NCBI GenBank assembly: GCA_040220235.1
Contig: JAVJTO010000044.1
DNA length: 64,000 nucleotides
Reading direction: 5' to 3' (one strand)
Source of the DNA: Coleofasciculus sp. B1-GNL1-01
GTDB lineage: Bacteria; Cyanobacteriota; Cyanobacteriia; Cyanobacteriales; Coleofasciculaceae
Shown here: positions 9,426 to 19,438 of the stretch, piece after piece
Layout of the letters: every line of letters starts with the position of its first letter
How positions within the stretch are numbered: the first letter of the stretch is position 1
Translations under genes and position numbers: made by a program
Notes under the pieces: model-generated
What the model saw: only the letters and a program-made list of their open reading frames with translations
What the model was told of the DNA's origin: nothing
The model's database searches: none

Positions 9426-10292
9426 TCATGAAGTAAATCCCGCTTTTATGAAATGCTCTTTCAATATATCTTTGTGTAAATAAATATTCTTGCTTTCTGG
9501 TTGTGCTGGAGCATTACTAGGTACATCTTTAAGCTGATTATTAGCAAATTTATTAAGCTCATTTAATAGTTTTTTATTTCCCTTAGCGTTTTTTGTTGCC
9601 GTAAATTTCCTGATAATATCATTTCTTTTACTGCCGATGAAAGGAGATTTTAAATTAACTAATTTTATTTCATATTCTTGATTAATTTTATCATAAGCTT
9701 TCCATAAAGTTAGCTGATCAAGATACTTGCTGTCTTGTGGCTGCTCAAGTAAACGCCAAAGCTGTCTAACCCACTCTCGAGTTAGAGCTTTAGCTGCTGG
9801 AGAATTAGATAAACCTAATACATTCATTGTCAATCTTAAAAATTCATATCTCATGTGCGGTCTAGCAAAAATCAAGAAATCTCCCCGTTGGAAAAGACAA
9901 CTAAATTTATTTAAATTTTGATATACAATTAAGTCAGAATCTAATTGAAGTAAGTTTTCCACCGAACTATCTTGTCTAAGTTCATCAATTAAAAAAATTC
10001 TTCTTGCTAAAGAATATAAACGCTGTTCATAGGCGTGATAGAATTGCCTTTGCTCGTAAATAAATTCTATGTTGTCACAATTACTAAACTCTTGGAATTC
10101 CTCCTCTGCTATATTGATAGCTAGAATTATCACCTTTACTCGCGGAGAATTTTTTATAATAGAGCGCAGCAATATTTTTCCATAATCTAAATATTTATTG
10201 TCAAAGCTAGTGCTTACTGTGAGTTTAGCATCTTTAGGTTTAAATGCTTGAATTAACTGAGTTATCATTTCTACTCTACCATTACTACCCAA
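9426..10292 (-). CDS. Putative glycosyltransferase (GT8-like), AT-rich; start may be the ATG at 10268
   Basis: FDNKYLDYGKILLRSI, QLDSDLIV (DXD) and YLDQLTL motifs. Confidence 0.6.
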   Translation of the reverse strand: MGSNGRVEMITQLIQAFKPKDAKLTVSTSFDNKYLDYGKILLRSIIKNSPRVKVIILAINIAEEEFQEFSNCDNIEFIYEQRQFYHAYEQRLYSLARRIFLIDELRQDSSVENLLQLDSDLIVYQNLNKFSCLFQRGDFLIFARPHMRYEFLRLTMNVLGLSNSPAAKALTREWVRQLWRLLEQPQDSKYLDQLTLWKAYDKINQEYEIKLVNLKSPFIGSKRNDIIRKFTATKNAKGNKKLLNELNKFANNQLKDVPSNAPAQPESKNIYLHKDILKEHFIKAGFTS

Positions 10293-10473
10293 TTCTAATC
10301 AAACAAACTGGCGATCAGTCCTAGATATATCCATAGCATAGGTATTTACCAACGGTCAAGAGTTTCACAATTACCGATTGAGGAAGGGATAGGGTAATAT
10401 CATCTGCCAGCCAAATTTGACGCCAGGGATTGTCACCCAATTTTTGCTTAAACTGATAGCGATCGCACACCGA

Positions 10474-11838
10474 CTAATACACTCGTTGAGTGCCACGACT
10501 ACAAGCAAATTTTCCCTGGGAATAGGTCGGTTCTGGAGGTTTTATCTTACCAGAAACATTGGCTTCACATAGAATTTCTCTGGTTGTCAGAGTACCCGGT
10601 GTTTCATGGATATCCAAATCAGTGGTAGGGACGCTAAAAACTCCTCCTACATAACTTTTTCGGTTATTTTTACGGGAAATGGCGTAATTAAAAACAGAAG
10701 AACCTTGATTGTGAGTGGAATAGCGATAGTTCTTCGTCTGATTCGGAATACTTCGATTCAGTTGAGACAGGGAATCGGCAAAAACTGAATGTTTTAAATA
10801 GTAAGCTTGCTGACTGCGGTTCATCGAACTTACATAATCTTTAGCATCCGGTTCAGGAGTTTTTTGGGTATGCAAAAAATTTGGCACAATCAGGCTGATT
10901 GCGATACTGGCAACAATAAACTGAAGGAAGGTCAAGCCAGCAAGACGACCATAGCGCACGCGATCGCGAAAGGTCAAACCATCTTGATGATCATAACGCA
11001 CGCCAGACTGCCCCGACTTTCTAATGGAGTCTCCGCCTGATTTTAAAGCCGATAGCGCTTGACGCGCCCCCGTAAACCGTCGTTCTGGTGCAGGTTCTGT
11101 CAGACATTCCAACCATTGTGCAAAATGGGGAGTGAGATTGACATAATCGCTAAATTGTAAGCGCATCTGATGTTGGGGTAAATCAGCAGGTGCTATTCCC
11201 GTTAATAAATGAATTAATGTCGCCCCTAATGCGTAAAGATCCGAGGCGGGAACGACTTTTCCCCAAAGTTGTTCTGGTGGTGCATAGCCACTGGTTCCTA
11301 CTACTGTAAAGGTTACACCTTCTGCGGTAGCGCGGTCTTGTACCGCACCAAAATCAACCAGATAAACCTGTCCATCCTGGCTCAAAATTAAATTACTCGG
11401 TTTAATATCACGATGAAATACAGGGGGCGATAGTTCATGCAAATCGATGAGAATTTCTAAAATACTCTCGGCAATTTGACAAACTTCTGCTTCTGTGAAT
11501 CGTTTTCCCTGATCCAATAGCGTTTGTAAAGAGTCCCCAGCAATGTAATCTTGGACTAAGCCAAACCAAGGTAATCCCTCTCCGAATTGCTTTTCAATGG
11601 TGAAGAAATCACGATACTCCGGAATTCGGGGATGATTAAGATGCTGAAGCACTTGCGCTTCTCGTTCAAATAGCTTTAACTCATCCCAATGCATTTGCGG
11701 ATTAAACGCTAATAGCTTCACCACGACAGGTTGCGGCGGTGACAGGCTAATATCTTGGGCTAACCAAGTTTGACGCCCCGCATTTTGTCCGAGTTTTCTT
11801 TCGAGTTGATAACGTTCGGCTAACATTTGTTTTTTCAT
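10474..11838 (-). CDS. Ser/Thr kinase with TM and type IV pilin-like G/H C-terminal domain
   Basis: HRDIKPSN, DFG, GTSGYAPPEQ; TM helix; AKDYVSSMNRSQQAYYL...NYRY...KSYVGGV...ILCE...C pilin_GH pattern. Confidence 0.88.
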   Translation of the reverse strand: MKKQMLAERYQLERKLGQNAGRQTWLAQDISLSPPQPVVVKLLAFNPQMHWDELKLFEREAQVLQHLNHPRIPEYRDFFTIEKQFGEGLPWFGLVQDYIAGDSLQTLLDQGKRFTEAEVCQIAESILEILIDLHELSPPVFHRDIKPSNLILSQDGQVYLVDFGAVQDRATAEGVTFTVVGTSGYAPPEQLWGKVVPASDLYALGATLIHLLTGIAPADLPQHQMRLQFSDYVNLTPHFAQWLECLTEPAPERRFTGARQALSALKSGGDSIRKSGQSGVRYDHQDGLTFRDRVRYGRLAGLTFLQFIVASIAISLIVPNFLHTQKTPEPDAKDYVSSMNRSQQAYYLKHSVFADSLSQLNRSIPNQTKNYRYSTHNQGSSVFNYAISRKNNRKSYVGGVFSVPTTDLDIHETPGTLTTREILCEANVSGKIKPPEPTYSQGKFACSRGTQRVY

Positions 11839-11876
11839 TTGCCATTCGTCATTTTCTTCAAATATAAACGACGAGA

Positions 11877-11939
11877 GGGCGGGTTTTGTTGATAAGTTAT
11901 CGGTAGACCCGTCAATTAAATCTCTAAACCCGCCCCTAC
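11877..11939. repeat. REP-like GTAG palindrome (uninterrupted homolog of 50241-50418)
   Basis: Reverse complement is GTAGGGGCGGGTTTAGAG...ACCGATAACTTATCAACAAAACCCGCCC. Confidence 0.75.
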
Positions 11940-11986
11940 AATACCATATAATTTTTTGTTTACTACCCTTTTCCCATTCTACCCTC

Positions 11987-13387
11987 CTACCCTTCTACCC
12001 ATCCTTGAATTTCCTCAACTAACCAGCGCCGCTCGTTTTCGGTTAAGGTTTGCCCAAAGGAATAGCAAATCATCCATGTTTCTAACCGTATCTCGGTAAA
12101 AGGAATTAACTGGAGTCTTTTGATGTCAGCAATTTCACCAATATGACGCTGATAGGTTAATCCCAAGAGTTCTCGTTCAATAATGAAGTGTTCTGGAGTC
12201 AAATAAAGACAATAACCTCCGAACAGATGACGCAAATTATAGTCCAATTCATCTTGGACTTTACCTAATTCCTGATTGGTAGACCGCCAGAGCCATCCCA
12301 TAAACACAACCAGGGGGAGTAAGACAAGAAATAATGTGCCATTGTTGGATAAGGTGGCAAATAGCCCGATACCTAAGCCTAAAAAGATTAACCCGAATAG
12401 TAATAAAAGCGGGAGTGAACAAGCAGTGAGTAGTAAGTCCCCCCCTAGTTTTAGAATATCCCGGAGCGATCGCTTGGGTTGGGGAATTTTCAGGATAAGC
12501 TGCTGGGGTGATTGCTTAAGCTGAACACGGCTACCTTTAGGTTGAGAGCGCTTGGTTAGGGAATGCTGGGGATAACGATGGTGATGCAGCGCCTCTCGCG
12601 CCTCCGCCGCGCTACTAAATCGTTGGTCTAAATCCGGTGCAGTCAAGACGTTTATCCAACGAATTAACTGGGGATCAACCGACACGCGATCGCTCCATTG
12701 TATCCGTAAATCTTGTTGGGGTAAGTCAGCCGGGGTAATCCCGGTGAGTAAATGGATTAGAGTTGCGCCTAAAGCATACAAATCCGAGGCGGGTACAGCC
12801 TTTCCCCAAAACTGTTCTAAAGGAGTATAGCCAGTTGTCCCTACTACTGTAAAGGTCACTCCTTCTGTCACCGCCCGATTTTGCACTGCCCCAAAATCGA
12901 CCAGATAAATTTGCCCATCATCCGCCAAAATTAAGTTACTGGGTTTGATATCTCGATGTAGCACTGGCGGTTGTAAGCCATGCAGATAACTGAGAATCTC
13001 TAATACTGACTCAGCAATACGCTTCACCTCTTCTTGAGTGAACCGTTTACCTTGAGCCAATAATTGCCGTAAGGAAGCCCCCGGAATGTATTGTTGAACT
13101 AATCCGAACCAATACAAACCCTCTCCAACCTGGCTATCCAAGGAAAAATAATCCCGATAGCGGGGGATTTGAGGATGAGTTAGCTGTTGAAGAACCTGGG
13201 CTTCGCGTTCAAATAACTTAAACTCATCCCACTGCATCTGAGGGTTAAATGCCAACAGCTTAACAATCACCGATTCTGGCGGGGATACAGACTGGTCAAA
13301 CGCCAACCAGGTTTGGCGTCCAGGGTTATTGCCAAAGGGATGATGAAGGTGATAGCGATCGTATAAGACCTGTTCTGCTTGCAGCAT
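11987..13387 (-). CDS. Ser/Thr kinase with C-terminal two-TM module
   Basis: HRDIKPSN, DFG, GTTGYTPLEQ; the kinase domain is closely similar to that of 10474-11838. Confidence 0.9.
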   Translation of the reverse strand: MLQAEQVLYDRYHLHHPFGNNPGRQTWLAFDQSVSPPESVIVKLLAFNPQMQWDEFKLFEREAQVLQQLTHPQIPRYRDYFSLDSQVGEGLYWFGLVQQYIPGASLRQLLAQGKRFTQEEVKRIAESVLEILSYLHGLQPPVLHRDIKPSNLILADDGQIYLVDFGAVQNRAVTEGVTFTVVGTTGYTPLEQFWGKAVPASDLYALGATLIHLLTGITPADLPQQDLRIQWSDRVSVDPQLIRWINVLTAPDLDQRFSSAAEAREALHHHRYPQHSLTKRSQPKGSRVQLKQSPQQLILKIPQPKRSLRDILKLGGDLLLTACSLPLLLLFGLIFLGLGIGLFATLSNNGTLFLVLLPLVVFMGWLWRSTNQELGKVQDELDYNLRHLFGGYCLYLTPEHFIIERELLGLTYQRHIGEIADIKRLQLIPFTEIRLETWMICYSFGQTLTENERRWLVEEIQGWVEG

Positions 13388-13482
13388 TTCCCGTGTAAGT
13401 CCTGATCAAGCCTATTTCTCTACTTTAACGGTATTCCTATCGGTTTATCCTTTCTTAGGAGATGATATGCTCTCCTAGCTCC

Positions 13483-13555
13483 CAGACGCGCCATGGCACG
13501 TCTCTACATTGCTTCCCCATCTCCCCCATCTCCCCCATCTCCCCCAGCTCCCCCG
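13483..13555. repeat. GTAG palindrome (AGACGCGCCATGGCACGTCTCTAC) followed by a TCCCCCATC-type tandem repeat
   Basis: Read directly from the sequence; a related palindrome lies at 27746-27769. Confidence 0.65.
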
Positions 13556-13633
13556 TGTTTTTCCCCCATCTGCTTGAAAACGGCTGTAAATCGGTTATCC
13601 TAGCGTAGGATATCGTTCACCAGAAAACCCCTT

Positions 13634-14131
13634 ATGAACAGGAAAAATCGTGTTGGCAGTGGTCATTTTTGGCAAATTTGTGCCAGTCAGCTCGTTACAG
13701 CAAGTTTATTTACCCTAGCCTTTCCTGCTAGTCCTGTCAGTGCTGGTGTCGATCAGTTTCAAATCTGCGCCGCAGAACTCCTACGGGCGGGTATCTCTAG
13801 GGAAAATGCAGCCATAACTTGTGCTGAGGCGCTTGAACCCAAGGATTTATCTCTCTGTGTCCTAAAAATCGAAGAGTTAACGCCTATTGCGGCTGATGAT
13901 GCGTTATTCGCTTGTATGCGCGTCCGGCGTCCCAAGGAATTGGCAAGCTGTACTGTTGATATTAATCAGCATACTCAAGGTTCTGATCCGGTTTCGGTGC
14001 TGGCAAACTGTCGTCGCAGTCTTCTACCCTTGCGTTTTTCTGAATGCGTAATTGGTTTGAGTCGCGAAATTGATTTTTCTGTAGAGGGTGCGCTAGCTAC
14101 TTGTATTGATGCTGAGGATTTCCCCCGATAA
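13634..14131 (+). CDS. Secreted Cys-patterned hypothetical protein
   Basis: Signal-like N-terminus; regularly spaced Cys pairs in internal repeats (C....EP.DL..CV, C....RP.EL..CT, C....LP.RF..CV). Confidence 0.75.
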   Translation: MNRKNRVGSGHFWQICASQLVTASLFTLAFPASPVSAGVDQFQICAAELLRAGISRENAAITCAEALEPKDLSLCVLKIEELTPIAADDALFACMRVRRPKELASCTVDINQHTQGSDPVSVLANCRRSLLPLRFSECVIGLSREIDFSVEGALATCIDAEDFPR

Positions 14132-14363
14132 AGGATTGGCAAGAAAATAAGATACCAGTCAACCGGGGACAATCGTGATATCCCATTTGGGTAAGGTCTC
14201 AGAAGGCTGACAGAAGGGCTGGTATCTCCTGAACAGGCTGGTTAACTATGACCTAAATAAAATACTGGTTATAATTATAAGTAAAAAATTGACTGCTTTT
14301 TTAAGCTTTATCTAAATCTAATTTTTGTGCTGAGTAAAGTCCCCTCTCCTCCCAGATCTTGTT

Positions 14364-15437
14364 ATGCTAAGAAAACTGCCACCCATTTACTTTTATTTGC
14401 CTCAGTCTGATTGGCAAGACAAGATGCCACAAAAGGTAGATGGCTATTGGTCAGGGTTCAGACGCGGGATTTACTGCTGGACTCTACAAACTTATTTAAG
14501 GCTAAAAGCGGATGGCTTTCCCTGTGAGTTAGTTGGTACTATACCTACCGAAGGCATTATTTTAGCTCATTGGGATTCTCTGCCAACAGATTTACAGCCG
14601 AGTTCAAAGCAACTTATTGTTTGTTTTCAGGCAGACCGAGCAAGACACCCCTATGCCCAAATTCATATCGTGCAAAATCCTCAAGGATTGCTAACACAAC
14701 TCATGGTGCTGGGAGATAAGTATTTACTTCCCGGACTAATATGTTATATGCCACATTGGCCACAGCCAGGGTTGATTCCACGCTGTCTGGAACGAGGCAA
14801 TCACTTTGAAAACATTGCCTTTTTTGGACTTGAAGAGAACTTATTACCAGAGTTACAAGGCACAGCTTGGCGGGAACAGGTTAATACCCTAGGCTTGCAG
14901 TGGAATATGGTGAGCGATTTCAAGCATTGGCACGATTATAGCAATGTTGATGCAGTCCTGGCAGTACGCAGTTTCACCAAACGGGATTATACCTGGAAAC
15001 CTGCTACGAAGTTATACAACGCATGGCACGCAGGTGTACCAGCCATTCTGGGTTGTGAGTCGGCATTTCAAGCTGAACGAAAAAGTGAACTTGACTATAT
15101 AGAGGTCACTTCGATTCAGGAAGTGGTATCGGCACTAAAACGGCTGCGTGATGAACCAAAATTGCGTCGAGCAATAGTTGAAAACGGGCGAATTCGCGCT
15201 CAGGAAACTAGCCCTGAAAAGTTGACGAAACGGTGGAGTACGCTAATAATTGATACAATAGTGCCAGCCTACGACCGATGGTGTAAAGCATCAAGCTTGA
15301 CTCGGCAATCGTTTATACGACGACGCTCTCTGGCAATTCAAACCAGAGAAACTCGTAAAAGTTTGCAGAAGTGGAGAAATCAGATTGGGTTTCGCACAAG
15401 GGTGCGATCACTTTTATCTCAATCTAGAGGTTCCTAA
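14364..15437 (+). CDS. Putative glycosyltransferase (GT-B-like)
   Basis: DAVLAVR...WKPATKLYNAWHAGVPAI motif typical of GT-B C-terminal lobes. Confidence 0.7.
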   Translation: MLRKLPPIYFYLPQSDWQDKMPQKVDGYWSGFRRGIYCWTLQTYLRLKADGFPCELVGTIPTEGIILAHWDSLPTDLQPSSKQLIVCFQADRARHPYAQIHIVQNPQGLLTQLMVLGDKYLLPGLICYMPHWPQPGLIPRCLERGNHFENIAFFGLEENLLPELQGTAWREQVNTLGLQWNMVSDFKHWHDYSNVDAVLAVRSFTKRDYTWKPATKLYNAWHAGVPAILGCESAFQAERKSELDYIEVTSIQEVVSALKRLRDEPKLRRAIVENGRIRAQETSPEKLTKRWSTLIIDTIVPAYDRWCKASSLTRQSFIRRRSLAIQTRETRKSLQKWRNQIGFRTRVRSLLSQSRGS

Positions 15438-15476
15438 AAGTTCAAGCTAGGATGCAAATCTATAAAAAATCGAAAA

Positions 15477-16601
15477 ATGGATATCTCATCTCCGGATAAA
15501 ATTAGAGACATTCTTCATAAAAATTTAGGAGAAATAGGCAAATTTGAGCAGTGCGCTCTTCTAGACTATCCTGACAATCGCAATCCTGGCGACCAGGCCA
15601 TCTGGCTGGGAAATGTACTGTACTTGACTGATGTGTTAAAGGTAAAGATTAATTATGCTTCAAGTCCTGCGGATTTTTCCGAAGCAGAGATGGAAAAACG
15701 GATTGGTCAAGCTCCGATTCTTCTCCATGGTGGTGGAAATTTAGGTGATATTTGGTCATATCATCAGAAGTTCCGAGAACGCATCATTGCTAACTACTCA
15801 GACCGTCCAATTTTTATACTACCACAAAGTATTTATTTTGAAAGTTTAGAAAATGCCCAAAAAGTAGCAGATATCTTCAATTCTCATCCAAATTTGACTA
15901 TATTTGCCCGAGATAATTATAGTTATGATTTAGCCAACCAATACTTTGGAAATTGTCGCATTCTCAAAAGCCCTGATATAGCTTTCCAAATGGCAAATAT
16001 GCCAAATTTACCCTTCACGCCTCAGCCAAAGTTACCCATTTTATATCTTTGTAGAAGTGACAAAGAGTTAAATCAAGATTATGCATCTCAATTTATCGAT
16101 ATACCAGATATTGTTGTCAATGATTGGAAAGCTTTTAAAGGTAAGGTGCTTTTAGAAGATCGAGTTTCTTATAAATACGAGGGAAGTCCTAAAAATTGGT
16201 CACTTCGTAACCGCTGGAATTTAACTAGAGAATTATTTCAAAGAAATGGTTCTCAAAAAGCTGCTAACTCTACTGAAATAATATCTTGTTATCTAGCACA
16301 AACTTTACATCCCTATGTCAGCAAAATTAGTACTTTGTATAATCCTTATATGCATCGTCGATCGTGGGGATTGGTGCATAGTGGAATTTACCAGCTTAAG
16401 CAATATCGTTTAGTAATTACAAATCGCTTGCACGGACATATCCTTTGTACTCTATTAAATATTCCTCATATATTTTTACCAAATTCCTATCACAAAAACG
16501 AAGAATTCTATAAAACATGGACTTACCAAATCCCTTTTTGTAGATTTATAAAAGATGCTTCAAAAATCAAAAATGCCGTGCTAGATTTATTAGAAATTTA
16601 G
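15477..16601 (+). CDS. Polysaccharide pyruvyl transferase family protein
   Basis: NPGDQAI, LHGGGNLGD, PQSI, ARD and TNRLHGHIL motifs. Confidence 0.9.
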   Translation: MDISSPDKIRDILHKNLGEIGKFEQCALLDYPDNRNPGDQAIWLGNVLYLTDVLKVKINYASSPADFSEAEMEKRIGQAPILLHGGGNLGDIWSYHQKFRERIIANYSDRPIFILPQSIYFESLENAQKVADIFNSHPNLTIFARDNYSYDLANQYFGNCRILKSPDIAFQMANMPNLPFTPQPKLPILYLCRSDKELNQDYASQFIDIPDIVVNDWKAFKGKVLLEDRVSYKYEGSPKNWSLRNRWNLTRELFQRNGSQKAANSTEIISCYLAQTLHPYVSKISTLYNPYMHRRSWGLVHSGIYQLKQYRLVITNRLHGHILCTLLNIPHIFLPNSYHKNEEFYKTWTYQIPFCRFIKDASKIKNAVLDLLEI

Positions 16602-16710
16602 CCCCTTAGTGAAAATGGGCAATTTTTCCTGAAGTTTAATCAGTTAAATTTCCTTTGTCAAGCCAACCTAAAACTATTGCTTCCCCCGCTCCCCCTCTAC
16701 CTGTTCCCTT

Positions 16711-18105
16711 TTACGATTGAATCGGAATCTCAATCACAAACTCTGTACCGTTTCCCCTCTCACTCGTGACCCATAATTGACCTCGGTGCTTTTCCACGAT
16801 GATCTGGTAACTAATCGTCAATCCTAAACCTGTTCCAGAACCGACGGGTTTGGTGCTAAAGAATGGATCAAATAGCCTCTGACTTACCTCCTCTGTCATT
16901 CCTGATCCGTTATCAGCGATGCGGATAATAACCTTCGCCTCGTCTACAGTTTCCGTACTAATCTCAATCGTAGGGGTTTGGGAGTGATCGGGAGTGAGTG
17001 GCGATCGCACAAATTTTCTCTCTTCTTCCTGATCTCCTCTAACTGACCACATATCACTCTCTAAATTGAGTTTGCCATACTTCTCATCTAAAGCATCAAT
17101 AGCATTGGTAAGCATATTCATAAATACTTGATTGAGTTCACTGGCATAACATTTCACAAGAGGCAAACTACCATAATTTTTGATCACGTTAATTTTTACT
17201 CGTCCAGCTTTAGCGTCTAAGTGATACTCTAAAAGCAAGAGCGTGTTATCTATATCTTGATTAATATCGACGAACTTCAACTCAGCTTCATGTAAATGGA
17301 AGAAATTTTTGAGCAAGGATACAGTTTGGCGAATTCGTTCAGCCCCTACCTGCATTGAGTCCAAGAGTTTAGGTAAATCAGATTGGATAAAATCTAGCTC
17401 AATCGCCTGAATTTTGCGAGTAATTGGCTCGGTTGGATGAGTATAGGTTTGTTGGTAAAGTTTGATTAACTCAAAGAGTTCTTGAATATATTCATTGGCG
17501 TGGTACAGGTTGCCATAGATAAAATTAACGGGATTATTAATTTCATGGGCAATACCTGCCGCTATCTTGCCAAAGGAAGACATTTTCTCCGCTTGAATTA
17601 ATTGAACTTCCGTTTGTTGCAGCTTGTGTAATGCCTCTTCAAGTTCTAATGTTCGCTGCTTCTCTTGCCGTTGGGATTTTAATAAGCGTTCATTTTTGGC
17701 TTGCAGTTCCTTTTGCAAATTTCGCAGCGTTAGGTGAGTTTGGATGCGGCTAACAACCTCTTCCGGCTGAATCGGTTTGGTAATATAATCAACAGCGCCA
17801 ATCTCAAATCCATGAACCTTGTTAAGAGTATCTGAAAGGGCAGTCATGAAAATGACTGGAATATCCCGCATTGAAGGATTTTCTTTAAGTCGTTTACACA
17901 CCTCAAACCCATCAATCCCCGGCATCATCACATCCAACAAAATCAGATCAGGTTGAGCTGCTTCAACACGCTGGATCGCGGTTTCTCCATCCGTTGCAAC
18001 CAGTACCTTGAATCCGGATTTTGTCAAGTAAGTGAACAGAAAACTCAGATTGGTTGGATTGTCTTCAACAACTAATAGGTTTCCTTTATCTGCTTTTTTA
18101 TCCAT
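16711..18105 (-). CDS. Hybrid receiver-histidine kinase (NtrB-like)
   Basis: REC (DVMMPGIDG), AHEINNP H-box, NAIDAL, DNGSG and FSTKPVGSGTGLGL. Confidence 0.93.
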   Translation of the reverse strand: MDKKADKGNLLVVEDNPTNLSFLFTYLTKSGFKVLVATDGETAIQRVEAAQPDLILLDVMMPGIDGFEVCKRLKENPSMRDIPVIFMTALSDTLNKVHGFEIGAVDYITKPIQPEEVVSRIQTHLTLRNLQKELQAKNERLLKSQRQEKQRTLELEEALHKLQQTEVQLIQAEKMSSFGKIAAGIAHEINNPVNFIYGNLYHANEYIQELFELIKLYQQTYTHPTEPITRKIQAIELDFIQSDLPKLLDSMQVGAERIRQTVSLLKNFFHLHEAELKFVDINQDIDNTLLLLEYHLDAKAGRVKINVIKNYGSLPLVKCYASELNQVFMNMLTNAIDALDEKYGKLNLESDMWSVRGDQEEERKFVRSPLTPDHSQTPTIEISTETVDEAKVIIRIADNGSGMTEEVSQRLFDPFFSTKPVGSGTGLGLTISYQIIVEKHRGQLWVTSERGNGTEFVIEIPIQS

Positions 18106-19309
18106 TGTTTTGCTTGGGTATTCTCACAGTAAAAATACTTCCTTTGTTAAGTTCACTGGTTACTTTGATATCCCCCCCAAAACCTTTCAAGATCTGCCTG
18201 CAAGTATAAATACCCAGTCCTGTGCCTGTGGGTTGATTTCGCTGTTTTTCCTCACCCTTCAATGGTTTAGTGGTATAAAATGGATCAAAAACTTTGGATA
18301 GATCTTCTGGGGCTATTCCACACCCTGTATCTTGGACATCAATGTAAAGATTGTTTTCATCCTGCCGGGTGATAATTGTTAACGTTTGTTCGTCCTTATC
18401 CCACATAGCATCTAGGGCATTACCGATTAAATTATCCAAGATTTGGGAGATATCAGTATAAACTAAAGGGATTAAGGGAATATGCTCATCCAAAACATAT
18501 TTTTTTTTAACCTTGTGTTTAAATTGAAGATTAGCCTGCCAAAAATCGAGTTCTTTTTTTAAGATATCATTAATATTCAGCGGAGTTAACTGCAAGGAGT
18601 GATCCATTTTGCTCTTGTGCATGAGATTATCCAGGATTTGACTCATATCCCAGGTTGCTTCCGCCATCTTTTCAATATAAGCGAATGTCGTTTCTGGAGA
18701 AACCGCTTCTTCGGTCATTTCTCCCGTAGCCAAACATTTATACGATAAAATAAGCTGAATACGATTTCGTAAATTATGCACGATTCCCTGAGTCAGCCGT
18801 CCGATTAAAGCGGTTTTCTCTTGCTCAATGAGTTGTTGCGTTCTAGCTTGAACAATTTCTTCTAGATTCTGATTTAAGTGGGCAAGTTCTTCGGTTTTAG
18901 TTTGCAGTTGATTTTGCAGATGATATAGCTTGATGTGAGTCTGAATTCGACTCAGCACTTCTTCTTGGTGAATGGGTTTGGTGATATAATCGACAGCACC
19001 TAGCTTAAAGCCTTGAACTTTATCGACTGTGTCTGAAAGTGCCGTCATAAAGATGATCGGAATATCTTGAGTGGATGGATTTTGTTTCAATCGTTTACAG
19101 GTTTCAAACCCATCAATTCCTGGCATCATCACATCTAAAATAATCAGATCAGGCTTAGTGACTTTGGTGCGCTGAATGGCACTTTCACCATCTAACGCCA
19201 CAAATATTTTGAAGCCAGATCGCGTCAAAAAGTCAAACAAAATACCTAGGTTATGAGGTTGATCGTCAACGATCAATAGTTTGGGAGTTTTGGGGGTTGA
19301 ATTATCCAT
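18098..19309 (-). CDS. Hybrid receiver-histidine kinase with atypical H-box
   Basis: REC; GIVHNLRN; NALDAM, DTGCG, YTTK and GTGLG. Overlaps the downstream gene by 8 bp. Confidence 0.9.
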   Translation of the reverse strand: MDNSTPKTPKLLIVDDQPHNLGILFDFLTRSGFKIFVALDGESAIQRTKVTKPDLIILDVMMPGIDGFETCKRLKQNPSTQDIPIIFMTALSDTVDKVQGFKLGAVDYITKPIHQEEVLSRIQTHIKLYHLQNQLQTKTEELAHLNQNLEEIVQARTQQLIEQEKTALIGRLTQGIVHNLRNRIQLILSYKCLATGEMTEEAVSPETTFAYIEKMAEATWDMSQILDNLMHKSKMDHSLQLTPLNINDILKKELDFWQANLQFKHKVKKKYVLDEHIPLIPLVYTDISQILDNLIGNALDAMWDKDEQTLTIITRQDENNLYIDVQDTGCGIAPEDLSKVFDPFYTTKPLKGEEKQRNQPTGTGLGIYTCRQILKGFGGDIKVTSELNKGSIFTVRIPKQNNG

Positions 19310-19438
19310 AAATGGTAATTAGTTAAACCTATATTTTATTTAGCCATTGATACAATATATGAATTACTTTAACATAAGCAATAGTATTTCGTTTATACCT
19401 TATGGCTGATTAATTATGCCTTATAAGTTAAGTTTTAT

